From Octopus bimaculoides (taxonomy: Eukaryota), in NCBI RefSeq assembly GCF_001194135.2, contig NC_068982.1, positions 192,237,158-192,301,157 of the forward strand: a stretch of 64,000 bases of DNA, read 5' to 3'. A program made the translations under genes and the position numbers. Shown in pieces: positions 36,001 through 46,610 of this stretch. The notes beneath the pieces were generated by a model. That model did no database searches, was not told the DNA's origin, and saw only the letters and a list, made by a program, of their open reading frames with translations. Positions within the stretch are counted from its first letter, which is position 1; each line of letters starts with the position of its first letter.

Positions 36001-39000
36001 TCGGGCTGTCCAAGCATCTTCTTTCACATCTTTCAGCACAATTAGTTTATCACTGGTTTTCTCTTCAACAGGAAGTTTAGGGTTTGTTTTGTGACCACCA
36101 TCAGCACCACCACCACAACCCTCACCATCATCATCACCATCATCATCACCACTATCATCACCATCAGTATTGTTGTTGTTGTTGTTGTAAGTTTTGAAAT
36201 GTTCAACAGAGTTTGGTGCTTCAGTTTCAGATCTGGGACAGAAACTTTCATCCAAAACATGTTTATCCTTTTGGAAACTATTGAATTGGTTCTTCTGTTT
36301 CCAATATTTGGAATTCCCAGCCGTTCGAGCACAGTCTTTCTCCTTATTTTCTATTCCTTCCTTCTTATTCTCCTCCGTTCCCATTGTCAGTCTAGCCTCA
36401 GATTTCTCGATCCCTACTTGACAGTTCTTGGTGATTACACTGTTCTTTCCAGTCTCGTTACTTAAGGAAACAAACTTTTTGGAAGTTGCCAACTCATTTT
36501 CGCATGCTAATAGAGCCTTCTCTAACAAACTTTGACCTTTTCTGCGCTGACGGCCGTCATTGGTTGATGGTTTGACAGGACAATATGGAGCATAGACAGC
36601 AGACGCTTCTGAGAGGGTCTTGAAATCTGATTTTATAGAGATTTCATCATTGGTAAAATTAGTAGATGGACTTCGGTCAGGACTTGGTAACAAACACACA
36701 GTGGAATTAATGCTACTCTCATCACTGGAAACCAATTGAGATAAATCTTCTTTTACAGTTGATTCCACATCAGATTTCTGCTGGTCATCCTGAAGTTTAA
36801 CTGGTGATTTACATGATTCAAATTCCTTTTGTTTGATTTTCACCCAAGAAGAATTGGTAATTTCAACATCTGGATTAGCATCGGTTAATAATTTTCTGGT
36901 ATTAATAGATTTGTCTAATGATGAATTAGTGGAATTTGAATTCTCTTTTAAAACAGAAACTTTTGACAATGGAGAAAATGGTTGTATTCCTGGACTGACC
37001 TTATCTTCCATAATGGTAAAAACAATTTCTTTCTCCAGAGTTCTTTCTCCAAAAGAGTCGTTGTTTTCTGTCGCTTTGGAATTGATGCTTGTGTTTTTCA
37101 AAGAGTCCATAGAACTTTCAGCAGTACTTAGAGTGTCGACTGATTGCCTTGAATGAATCACAGATTTCGGTGCCATCGTTTCGCCAGCTTGAACTCCGTC
37201 AGAATCATCAGTGTCATCCAGTGTGACACACTTTTCATTGTTAACACTTTTCCCATGACGGTTAATTGTCCTGCGTTCAACTTGTCTCTCCTCAGGCCAA
37301 CACTTCCACATTTTGTCGTTTGTCTCCACTGGACTTTGATTTGAGCTCGAATTAGACAAAGAATGTAAAATATCTACGATATCACAGTATTCTGGAGCAT
37401 TGTTGCTGCTGTTGGTTTTGTCAAAAAATTTATCAGTTTGGTTAGCACCTAGCGATTTATTAGTTATAGAGGCAGGGATATAGTTCTTGGCAGAAGATTC
37501 ATAGTTGTTGCCTAATAATTTGTTCATTGACTCTGGAGGCCAACAGGAAGTATCTTCATCCAGTTCCAAGTTCTCCCGCTTGCGTGGCTCGTATTTTTTA
37601 CGTTTTGATCTACTTTCCAGCTTTAATCTGTAGTCCTGAACAATGTCCGTCGATAAAAGATTCTCTTTTTGATTGTCTTCAAGGCTGACATTTATAATGT
37701 CTGGCAACCTACGCTTTTTTGTGACGTTACTAGCACCAGTTGCTGCTATCAGGTCTTTTGATCTGTGAGGAACACCAGACAAAGATAAAGAGTAGGAACT
37801 GGTGATCACCAAGTCACAAGGAGTTTCGTCGTTTTGGTGGTTGGCTTTTTCAACAACAGAAGATCGGGGTCGCGCAAGAGCAGAGGGAGCAGAGACAGAA
37901 GGAGCGGAAAGATTGGGAGCAGAGACTGTGGGAGGGGCAGAAATAGTAGGAGTAGTAACAATAAGAGCAGGAGGAGGAAGAGATGGTGGTGGCGGTGGTG
38001 GTGGTGGTGGTGGTGGAGGTGGTGATGGAGAAGAGTCAGTGTCTCTGGACAAATCTATTACATCTTCGATTATATGATGATTATGTTTTGAAAATGAGGA
38101 ATTCAATGCCATGATATGGTGTTTCTTGGGAAGATGACTAAGGGTAGACTGACTACTAGACGTCACCTGAATATGGTTCTGTTGGTTAGAATTAGTAGTT
38201 AAAATATCAGAAATCACAGATTCTGAACTAGTTGTCTTTGAGCTCTTATTGAGTTTTGATTCATTTTGATGTTTTTTCATGAGCCTTTTGAGAAAATATT
38301 CAGCAAAGTTATTTGAAGAATTTGAAGAAGTGACAGAATCTGGAAGACAGTTGGAAGATTTTGAAGAATTTGAAGTTGACAGTTTGGTACAATTAAAATT
38401 GTTTGTAATAATAGCAGGATTTTCAAAGTTATTTGGTTTGTTTGGCACTGTACTTTCAACCCCACCTAAGTTCCCAGTTTTTTCATTGTCCTTTGTAAGT
38501 TTCTCTTTTTTCGTCTGTGGTGGTGGTGGGCTTTTTTCAGGCATTTTGTACCAAGACCTGCGTGTCACTGACCCGCCACACACCGATGTCGTTGTTTCAC
38601 ATTTTTGTACAACAGTTTTCTCAATGAAATTAAGGTCTGCATGGATGTGATTGCCAACTGGATGCAGACAGTCAATGTTTTCTAACTGAGTGGGTGGCAT
38701 GACCACAGGCAGCTCTGGTAGTGGAATGTCATTTGGATAGCGTGTATACCAGCCCCGAAGGTTGGCAGGGGTAGTAGGGTGTACAGAACCAAGAATAGGG
38801 TCTACTAATGAGCTGTGGGGTTGTGTTACAGATGGTAAATTAAAGGAAGGTGGAGGGACACGGTTAGTGACTCTACAGGGATATGACTGTTGAGGTGAAA
38901 GAACATTACCATTTGTAACAGAATGGTTTAACCATCCACCAGGAGGAGGCCAACCAGTCCAGGGGGGCGCTCGTGGTGACCAATTGATGTTATTGTAACA

Positions 39001-39162
39001 TGTACGATCTGGCACAAATGGAGGGGCCAGACCAGCATAGTAACCCATTGTTTGATGGTAATGAGAAATTTGAGTTGTGAATACATTCTCCTCTAACTGT
39101 AACCGGCTGTTACTGCGTCTTCGCTCTTTCTTAGAATGAGGTTCTTCATTTCTCGAAGACAT
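33082..39162 (-). CDS. 2026-aa putative nuclear protein encoded by one exon; low-complexity body and two C-terminal Ski/Sno/Dach-like domains
   Basis: 6,081-nt stop-free ORF in AT-rich DNA; in-frame stops upstream of the ATG; acceptor 61 nt upstream; basic NLS-like clusters. Domain similarity judged by manual alignment only. Confidence 0.93.
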   Translation of the reverse strand: MSSRNEEPHSKKERRRSNSRLQLEENVFTTQISHYHQTMGYYAGLAPPFVPDRTCYNNINWSPRAPPWTGWPPPGGWLNHSVTNGNVLSPQQSYPCRVTNRVPPPSFNLPSVTQPHSSLVDPILGSVHPTTPANLRGWYTRYPNDIPLPELPVVMPPTQLENIDCLHPVGNHIHADLNFIEKTVVQKCETTTSVCGGSVTRRSWYKMPEKSPPPPQTKKEKLTKDNEKTGNLGGVESTVPNKPNNFENPAIITNNFNCTKLSTSNSSKSSNCLPDSVTSSNSSNNFAEYFLKRLMKKHQNESKLNKSSKTTSSESVISDILTTNSNQQNHIQVTSSSQSTLSHLPKKHHIMALNSSFSKHNHHIIEDVIDLSRDTDSSPSPPPPPPPPPPPPPSLPPPALIVTTPTISAPPTVSAPNLSAPSVSAPSALARPRSSVVEKANHQNDETPCDLVITSSYSLSLSGVPHRSKDLIAATGASNVTKKRRLPDIINVSLEDNQKENLLSTDIVQDYRLKLESRSKRKKYEPRKRENLELDEDTSCWPPESMNKLLGNNYESSAKNYIPASITNKSLGANQTDKFFDKTNSSNNAPEYCDIVDILHSLSNSSSNQSPVETNDKMWKCWPEERQVERRTINRHGKSVNNEKCVTLDDTDDSDGVQAGETMAPKSVIHSRQSVDTLSTAESSMDSLKNTSINSKATENNDSFGERTLEKEIVFTIMEDKVSPGIQPFSPLSKVSVLKENSNSTNSSLDKSINTRKLLTDANPDVEITNSSWVKIKQKEFESCKSPVKLQDDQQKSDVESTVKEDLSQLVSSDESSINSTVCLLPSPDRSPSTNFTNDEISIKSDFKTLSEASAVYAPYCPVKPSTNDGRQRRKGQSLLEKALLACENELATSKKFVSLSNETGKNSVITKNCQVGIEKSEARLTMGTEENKKEGIENKEKDCARTAGNSKYWKQKNQFNSFQKDKHVLDESFCPRSETEAPNSVEHFKTYNNNNNNTDGDDSGDDDGDDDGEGCGGGADGGHKTNPKLPVEEKTSDKLIVLKDVKEDAWTARTSPGIIAAVVSSQLGEEEEEEGSQLSQQQQQPNLRQLQKQQTQEELQELKTKLQQEQQQQQQSPQLQQPQPPQQKQSPQLQQLPPPPPPPPPPEQQQQQQQQEQQPNEIVVGSCLTEIAPKKLDNVAAGDIFQLINNEKQVKDNEKQDQVTVVHQSEMNFLNLSKKICVIEELEDLNKAPCLEVSENGDINIVAIVTDYEEPVSDNLSNLTKSEHLLKDTVHADVIVCPVTESCSMELAKNETSVDISDGCKSSVMSRPEEPVQTDNDKILSKEKSAKTSVVVPSDLLDKSCKEVVTKTKNGEIVSVSSCGFISERICDSSAVGEPLRKPVKSNSKPTTKNNQCNPLFPLPSCEVKLCKTITDFKALYPDKIPKTLYSDKKNEKHKDVKSQGILNSLSLVAKPQPRKFKWSKQVRKSRLLKKFCTSFKKRTKCVNKKSFQEVKSCENIRENHIETLFVENQLSPGNPFQLPLPLKYDLQTLHNRILMSCPVRYGRVFTSPHLIQHHEDPSSFHDKQNQTDLNFTGCVTHAFSGSCYSQVSNTPPHSIIHKFVKFHGHKLLCVVINVKKYVIVREVVQKCFLGKNQTVFYRTKYRDYSLPYLELPHYMRSFALKYLLESSLVFNGNRATPLGIMLLSDAELLYHFFYSFKECKLVKCVQDWDPDNTGVFDPKWSEGLGEKTEQNTFVSARENPVESLHKTGYKCSCLCQQSPAEPGSLTKLECCNLYRKPPKRPVSGIFEPSAESFKYNADMETDLHNSLTLYGTLKTCLSHKDSTEHPIPDKCPSSVDLETNVLGSSLSLNCSNGVFKSPSDGIQTSSSLPGLCDSVPLSNYELNSEQPNGQTDSDKDQNKAVSISSPSPDKEFILGGMTQLSNRVVRFIEHNGERYFLLSDVNPSWISSTVFDKLLYHNIAVQKCSLSQSSFLLKLNDSLPHVETDDMLLVADNVLPQLKKCLTGSENAANLLQCAVSLPP

Positions 39163-39223
39163 TACATAAAGTGGTTTCTTAGTAAACTGTTAGAAAATGC
39201 CTGTCTCTGATCTTCAAAGTTAC

Positions 39224-39245
39224 CTGAAAGAGAAAAGAAACTAAA
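39224..39245 (-). other. Splice acceptor of the ~6.2-kb exon (tttcttttctctttcag|G, exon starts at 39223)
   Basis: Long polypyrimidine tract plus CAG. Confidence 0.75.
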
Positions 39246-39859
39246 GGTGAGAACAGCTAGTAAAATACGGAAACCAAGGAAACTGTACAACAGTAGTAAT
39301 AGTGGTAATAGTGGTAATAGTAGTAGCAGGTAAGCAAGTAATAAAAGAGGAGAAAATAAATAAACAAAATAAATACGGTTTTAATTTATAACTATTTTTA
39401 AAATGACTAAAGTATATTTTGAAAATTGAATCAAGACTTAAAATGACTGAAATTTGAAAATTAAATCTTTATTGAAATAAATGTACTTTAAAAGTCAATA
39501 AAATCAATTAAAATCCAACAGCTAGTAAATAAATAAAAGTCACTCTAAAACATAGGTGGACTAAAATCAATGAGAAAATTTAATAACAGAAAAACTTGAA
39601 AGGAAATTTTATATTAAAAAACAAAATTACATTGCTCATTAAAAAATGATTTCTATAAATTCTATTTTCACAAATTCCATTTCCAAAACATAAATTTAGA
39701 AGCAAAATAGTTCAGGTGTTATTGTTTAACCTTGGATTAGCCCTAATCAAACAAACCCTGTTAGCAATGGCTCTCCAGCAATCATCACCCTATATTTTGG
39801 TTAGGGTCTTTTAGGCTTTTGAGAACAACATTATACGAAATATTTTTCCCTTTCTAAGA

Positions 39860-40030
39860 TCATCATCATCATCATCGTCGTTTAACATCCGCTTTCCATG
39901 CTAGCATGGGTTGGACGATTTGACTGAGGACTGGTGAAACCAGATGGCTACACCAGGCTCCAATCTGATTTGGCAGAGTTTCTACAGCTGGATACCCTTC
40001 CTAACGCCAACCACTCAGAGAGTGTAGTGT
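39860..40030 (-). mobile_element. RTE 3' UTR copy
   Basis: Same family as 3455-3718. Confidence 0.85.
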
Positions 40031-40384
40031 GATATAATTAAAAAAAAAACTTGGTTGTTATTTCTAGCAGGTCAAGTAAGCCTATAGTGATTCCTTCATT
40101 GGTTTGAAATAATCCAGGCTAAAATTGTATTCCCTGCCTACATTTTTTGAAACTCTTAGGTTAATTACAACTGGGTAGAATTAATGGGCTAAAAACATCA
40201 GTTTGAAAGGACTAGGAGAGGGTTAGGCAGTTCTGGTGAGAAGAATTGATGATGTTGGATTCCAAGGTGAACTTAGGCGGTTGAACTTTTATTATGTTAT
40301 TTTCTGAAGTGTTTGTTCGTGGAAAACATTTATGTTGCTGTTTAGCTTTATATCTGTCCTGATTGAGAGGACTAATGATCTCAA

Positions 40385-40520
40385 TGTTCCAGCTGTAGAA
40401 ACCTTGCCAGATCAGATTGGAGCCTGGTGCAGCCTCCTGGCTTGCCAGTCCTCAGGCAAACCATCCGACCCATACCAGCATGGAAAGCGGACGTTAAAGG
40501 ACGATTTTGATGATGATGAT
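40385..40520 (+). mobile_element. RTE 3' UTR copy, inverted relative to 39860-40030
   Basis: ccagctgtagaaacc...gcggacgttaaa with GAT tail. Confidence 0.85.
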
Positions 40521-40761
40521 ATATATGAGAGAAACAGACATTCTCTATTATAGAATGCACTTCATCAATAACCCCTAACCCTGAAATTTATTTTCTCCTC
40601 CCACTACTCTCTTTCTAAATACCTCTCAACCCCTCCTTCTAATACACTTACTTAGTTCTCCACAAAATCATTCCATCTTTAATCTCCTTCCTGTCAACGC
40701 CTCAAATCTAAAGTTCTACCCTGAAGACGGAGGTTGGTATTATCTAATGATGGAATCAATT

Positions 40762-40800
40762 TATTGGGTTGGTGCATAATTGTTGCGGCTTTTTAAAAAG
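40762..40800 (+). mobile_element. Mariner-type terminal inverted repeat (single end)
   Basis: TA|TTGGGTTGGTGCATAATTGTTGCGGCTTTTT resembles Hsmar1/MADE1-type ends; no partner end found. Confidence 0.5.
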
Positions 40801-40934
40801 TGCATTTTGTGCACTAATTATGAAATCATTATATTTTGATGGTTAGGTTTTAGTAAAGGAGATGCTGAAACTTTGACTCTAAATGTTTATTATGTTACAT
40901 CATTTTTATGGAAGATATTTCATATATAACCATG

Positions 40935-41335
40935 TTGTGATTGAGAAGACCCAGCAAGAGATTGCAGCTGTGGCCGATGCCAGTGTCGTATAACCAGGCC
41001 ATTTAAAAGTACCGTTGAATTGCGGGGCAACATGCTGTGCTTGAGAAGACGTGTTGAGTCATAGCCGATGCCAGTGCCGCCTGACTGGCACCTGTGCTGG
41101 TGGCACGTAATAAGCACCATTCAAGTGTGGGTCGGTGCCAGTGTCACCTGACTGGTTCCCATGCCGGTGACACATAAAAAGCATCCACTCTACTCTTGGA
41201 GTAGTTGGCATTAGGAAGGGCATCTAGCTGTAGAAATTTTACCTGGTGCAGCCTACTGGCTTGCCAGTCCTCAGTTAAACCGTCCAATCCATACCAGCAT
41301 GGAAAACGGACATTAAACGATGAGGAAGGGGAGGA
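40935..41335 (+). mobile_element. RTE 3' UTR copy with internal repeats
   Basis: Matches 53590-54030. Confidence 0.8.
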
Positions 41336-42124
41336 GGAGGAGCCAGCAGCTGCTCTAAAATGGCATCAAGGTGTTACTTTCCTTGAAGCATAATGTCTTT
41401 AGAGAAGCACCATCCAATTCCAACAGGAGGAAGGACAGTTCTAGGATGAACATTAAAATTATTACAACTATTGTTGAGTACAAACACTATTGATGGAATA
41501 TAGCCATTAAAACCGTCATCAAATTCAAATGTAACATATCTATTGTAGTTGCTGTAGATGGAAAACAACAACGATGTCCAATTGCAGAGGTCAACAGTCT
41601 TGTAATGGCTGTCAAAATATTTTATTCAAAATTACTGACAAAGAAAACCTACAACTATTTTTCATGCAGATAATTCACCACATTTGTATTAGTAAACATT
41701 GCTGCATGTGTTTATGTTACTAAAAACAATTAAGCAACAATCTTGAAAATTTGAGGGTTTCCGGCAAAAAAAGGCCATTAGCCAGCATACATTCTGCTAA
41801 TTCCTTTATAACCAATATTTCTAAGATTTTCAAAACTTGATAATAAAACAAATAAATAAAATAAAAAACAATGCAGAACCATGGTAAACTGAGGTTGGAT
41901 TCTCAAAGCAGCATCACAATCTGCAGACTTCAAATAACCATTTTAGCAGAATTAATAAAATTTAAAAGACAAACAATCATAAAAAGGAAGAAAAAGCTAA
42001 TTGCCATTATCTCATTAAGTTCCTTTTTCTTCTGAAGTTTTCTTTGTTTTGTTCTTAACATTTTTCATCTTACTTTCTTCAAACCACAAAGAGAACCCAT
42101 CTGATCCACTAGAAATAACAGTTA

Positions 42125-43010
42125 ATCATCATCATCATCATCGTTGTTTAACGTCCGCTTTCCATGCTAGCATGGGTTGGACGATTTGACTGAGGACTGG
42201 TGAAACCAGATAGCTACACCAGGCTCCAATCTGATCTGGCAGAGTTTCTACAGCTGGATGCCCTTCCTAACGCCAACCACTCCGAGAGTGTAGTAGGTGC
42301 TTTTATGTGCCACCTGCAAAAAGGCCAGTCAGGCGGTACTGGCAATGGCCACGCTCAAAATGGTGTATTTTACGTGCCACCTGCACAAGAGCCAGTTTGG
42401 CGGCACTGGCAACGATCTCGCTCGAATGTCTTTACACGTGCCATCTGGCACAAGTGCCAGGAAGGCGATGCTGGGTACAGGTGCCATTGATGGTTTCGCT
42501 TTCGCTTGCCCCAATAAGTCTTCGCAAGCCCATTGACGGTTTCCAATGAAGGAGATGATGTTGGCATGGGTGCCAGTCGTCGAATTTAATTCGATTTCGA
42601 TTTCACTTGCCTCAACAGGTCTTCGCAAGCGGAGTTTAGTGTCCAATGAAGGAAGGTACGTATAAGTGGGCTGCCTGAGGCTTTCGATTTTGGTCTCACT
42701 TGGCTTGCCTGGTCTTCTCACGCACAACATATTTCCAAAGGTCTCGGTCAGAAGTCATCGCCTCGGTGAGGCCCAATGTTTGAAGGTCGTGCCTCACCAC
42801 CTCATCCCAGGTCTTCCTGGGCCTACCTCTTCCACAGGTTCCCTCCACTGCTAGGGTGTGGCACTTTTTCACACAGCTATCCTCATCCATTCTTGCTACA
42901 TGATCATACCAGCGCAATCGTCTTTCTTGCACACCACAACTGATGCTTCGTAAGTTCAACTTTTCTCTCAAGGTACTTACACTTTGTCTAGTATGCACAC
43001 AGTTATAGTA
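42125..43010 (-). mobile_element. RTE 3' fragment (RT C-terminus + 3' UTR)
   Basis: ORF 42696-43034 LRWYDHVARM..RGRPRKTWDEVVRHDL; (CAT)n tail at 42127-42142. Confidence 0.9.
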
Positions 43011-43436
43011 GAAGAGCTTTATCCAAGGTGCCACGCCAAGGTACTGAAACAGAAACCATATGGATGGGAAGCAAACTCCTTAAGCACAGAATCATGCCTC
43101 ATCTTGAACAAAACGGTAATGAGAAGCAGGCCAACCTAACAACGTATCATAGCAAAGAAAAAAGAAAAAAAGACCCCAAACAATTTCACAACTTTATAAG
43201 ATAGACACACAATTTACTTCTCTAGTTGAGGTCAATAACCTATAGAAGACTGTAGCAGAAGGAATAGCAAAACAGGTTAAACTGAGGTAAACTGAGAATG
43301 GACAGATAAATATCTTGGTGGAAAAGAGCGAGGGGGGGGGGTGAGTCAAGTTTAGTTCCTTAAAGAAAGGGATACTAAAGAAACAGTAGAAAGAGAATAT
43401 AATGTGAAGAAGGGGAAAAAAGAAGATTAAATGCTG

Positions 43437-44085
43437 TTAATGAAGAAATGAAGCAAAGAATGACAGCAAATGGAGCCAAAATAAAACAATATAAGTACAG
43501 AATAGACCAGTTTCAGCAAAATTATTTGAAGAATTGGAGAAAGAAAATGCAAAAAAAAGTATTAAGTTTCTGTGGAAGTTTTCTGTTGATGTCAGGATCT
43601 TGTGGGTTTTAATGTCTATGGAGTGTAATTCCTCTACAGACCAGTCAAATATTCCAAATGTGGATAACAGCATTAGGTACTGCAAATGCATTGTGGGATA
43701 TTGTCTGGTTGAAAGTGATGCGTGCCAACTGCTACATTTTTCTAAGTTTGATGTTATATTCTTGGGTCCTCTTTCTTTATTCATAGCATCTTCATATGTT
43801 GTTTTCATGAATGCCTAGGTATTGGTAGCATTCTTTGTGTGGAACAAGAGAGAGAGAGAGAGATACCAACAGTGCACAGGTTTGGGGCTTGGGGGACTGA
43901 TTTTCAACATTCAACAAATGTGAAGATTTCTCTTGACCAAATTCCAGTCTTATGTCAACTGAAAATGTTGTAATTAACTCCAGCTGTTTTTTTGGCATCA
44001 TTAACAGTCTTAGCATAAATCTTCAGGTCATCCACAAAGAAGTTATGGATTACATTGGTATCTCTAATAGTGGTAGACCCCAGCA
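43437..44085 (-). mobile_element. R4/Dong-like LINE RT fragment
   Basis: FFVDDLKIYAK, FSVDIRLEFG, YQYLGI, STFGIFDWSVEELHSIDIKTHKILT. Confidence 0.7.
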
Positions 44086-44544
44086 TGAATGTATGCTTGT
44101 TTGTGTGTGTGTGTGTGTCTAATAGTGTGTATGTTAATATATTACATATATTTGTGAGAATGTGCGTAATGGTGTATATATTAACAACTATATTATGCAT
44201 GTGTAATGCTTACATGTAAAGGTAAGAGAGAGAGAGAGAAATAGAAAGAAATCAGACGAAAATCAAACAGATTTCAAGAGAAAAAAAGTCAACATCATAG
44301 AATGGTCAGCAGAGAATAATAATTCATAAGAATCAAATAATTTTCCAGGGTCATTGTTGATATAGAACCAACAAATTCAGATAAGGCTAAAATCTTCACA
44401 AAATCCTGTCCAAATATTGAGAATATTTAAGGAGGAAATATCTTCTGCAATGTTCTCAACTTGGTACATATTCTTCAAGATTCAATAGAATATATCCAGC
44501 TGTATGAGAAAACCAGTTTAACAATCAATATTTTGGGAAAAGTG

Positions 44545-44745
44545 GCAAGCTAGCAGAATTTGTTCACCGGGCAGAATGCTTTCCAACTTTACATTGTGAG
44601 TTCAAATTCTGCCAAGGTCAATTTTGCCTTTCATCCTTTTGGGGTCGTTAAAATAAGTACCAGTTGAACATTGGGTTTGATCTAATTGATTTACACTCTC
44701 TCCCTCCAAATCGCTGGCCCTGTGCCAGAATTTGAAATCAATATT
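44545..44745 (+). mobile_element. SINE with a gcctttcatcc...ggggtcg.taaaataagtacc central domain (second copy ~63690-63900)
   Basis: B-box-like gagttcaaattc and a shared central motif. Assignment to a Ceph/Meta-type family is uncertain. Confidence 0.55.
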
Positions 44746-45589
44746 TCAGGATAGTGTCAAACCAAAGAGAAACAGCAGGTAATGCAACAAGATTTTCAGT
44801 CTTTGTATAAGCCATTTCTGTTTACTAATGCTGCTACAGACAATCCTGGAGATGGCATGAATACCACAACTGCAGCCATCTGATAATAAGGGGGCCTTTC
44901 TGTGGTTGATTAATCTGCTAGAAATAGCAACAAAATCTCAGATCACACCATCTTATAAAAAAAAAAAGGAAGGACACATTGGGCAATGCAGCACCTGATT
45001 TATAAAAAGATGAAATGATCATGATTAGAACGTCTTTGACCATAGGTCTTCCTGATCAGGACTGAACAATTGACTCTTCATATCGAAAATTCAAACCAAT
45101 GTTTAGAGATTTTCAGCAAAAACTTATTTTTCTTTAATATTGGCTTTTTTTTTTTTTTTGAGTCAGTGGTCGGCCAATTTTTATAGGGGACAGTTACTTA
45201 TTTTAGTGACCCCTTCTGAGGAATTATATAAAAAATATCTAATTGCACAATTAGATGGTAAAAAAAATAAAATATTGTAATAAGTGTTTCCCTTTCGTGA
45301 CTTTTTGGTTTTGCTAGTTTGAAAAATTTAAACAATTTCCACAATTTAAATCTTTCAACCATCTCTGAGCCAATCTCCAAGCCTATCTCCACTCTGTTAA
45401 CACAGAAGTTTCTCCATTAATAAAAACCATGTCCATCTAATTCCATCTAACTTCCTTTTCATCTTCCTTGGGATTAAAGCTTTTCTTTCTCAACTAGATT
45501 AGCCACAACTCATCCTAAATGGTTTCTCTTTGCGTCAGAAAGGAATGGAAGGAATGTTTAGTGTGAGTTATGGGAAAAAAAACTGGCAT

Positions 45590-45850
45590 TCTGTCAGTTA
45601 GAATGATGAGTGATCAACAGCCTGCTTGTGAAATGAACGTGCATGTGGCTGAGTACTTCGCAGACATGCGTAACCCTTAACATAGTTTTCAGGGAGATTC
45701 AATGTGACAAGGCTGGCCCTAAGCATTTTTGCCAAAGTTGACTGGAGCAATGTGAAATAAAGTGTCTTGCTCAAAGACATAATGCACCACCAGGTACTGA
45801 ACTCACAACCCTACTTTCATCAGTTGAATACCCTAACCACTGAGCCATGT
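45590..45850 (-). mobile_element. Diverged tRNA-derived SINE
   Basis: Reverse complement gives ggctcagtggttaggg...gttgtgagttcagtacc...ctttgagcaagacactt. Confidence 0.55.
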
Positions 45851-46464
45851 GCTAATTCTACTACAGTGCTCACCCAAAGCCTTATTTCCCCTCCAATTAT
45901 GAATCTATAGCTTGAAACAAGTGCACTAGCACACCTAGTTACCCAAATTCACAATCTCTAGTCTAGAAGAGGCAAAAAGTCGAGTGTGAACCATGTCCCA
46001 TTGTCGGAAGTCAACACAAACACTTCTTTGAGACAGAAACCATCCGGATTACCTCCCTTTATACTAATGGGGAAAGTTTTCTTTCTTTTCTGCTAATACT
46101 TGTATTTCGACATAGTTGTTCCAAACTCAACCAGAAGGAAGAAGAAAGATGTCATTTAAAATGACCTACTTTCAAACACAGACCCTACCCTATTGAGTGG
46201 CCTCTGTATTTATTTAATAGTTTCAAGCAATAATTACTAAACCAGCCCCACCCCTTTTATCCATAAACTCTTTCTTTTCCCTTTCTCCCCCCCCCCCCAT
46301 TAAAAGATTATCATCAACAATGACAAGCTCCCCTGCAGTATGGGAAATGTTACAATAAAATCTAAAACTCTACTAATTTATATAACAATGTATTTTTAAA
46401 AATTATATTTAAAAAATTTTAATTAATTTTACAAAATTGATGAGTTTATTCAATGATGTCAGAT

Positions 46465-46610
46465 TTTCCAGCTGTAGAAACTCTGCCAGATCAGATTGGA
46501 GCCTGGTGCAGCCATCCGGTTCACCAGTCCTCAGTCAAATCATCCAACCCATGCTAGCATGGAAAGCGGATGTTAAACGATGATGATGATGATGATGATG
46601 GTGGTGGTAA
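46465..46610 (+). mobile_element. RTE 3' UTR copy
   Basis: Same family, GAT tail. Confidence 0.85.

Noticed and set aside
33849-38650. Many antisense or alternate-frame ORFs overlapping the large CDS (e.g. 35640-35987, 35678-36013, 36091-36465, 37802-38077)
   Set aside because: They are shadows of trinucleotide-rich coding sequence, giving poly-V/T/G with no independent signals.
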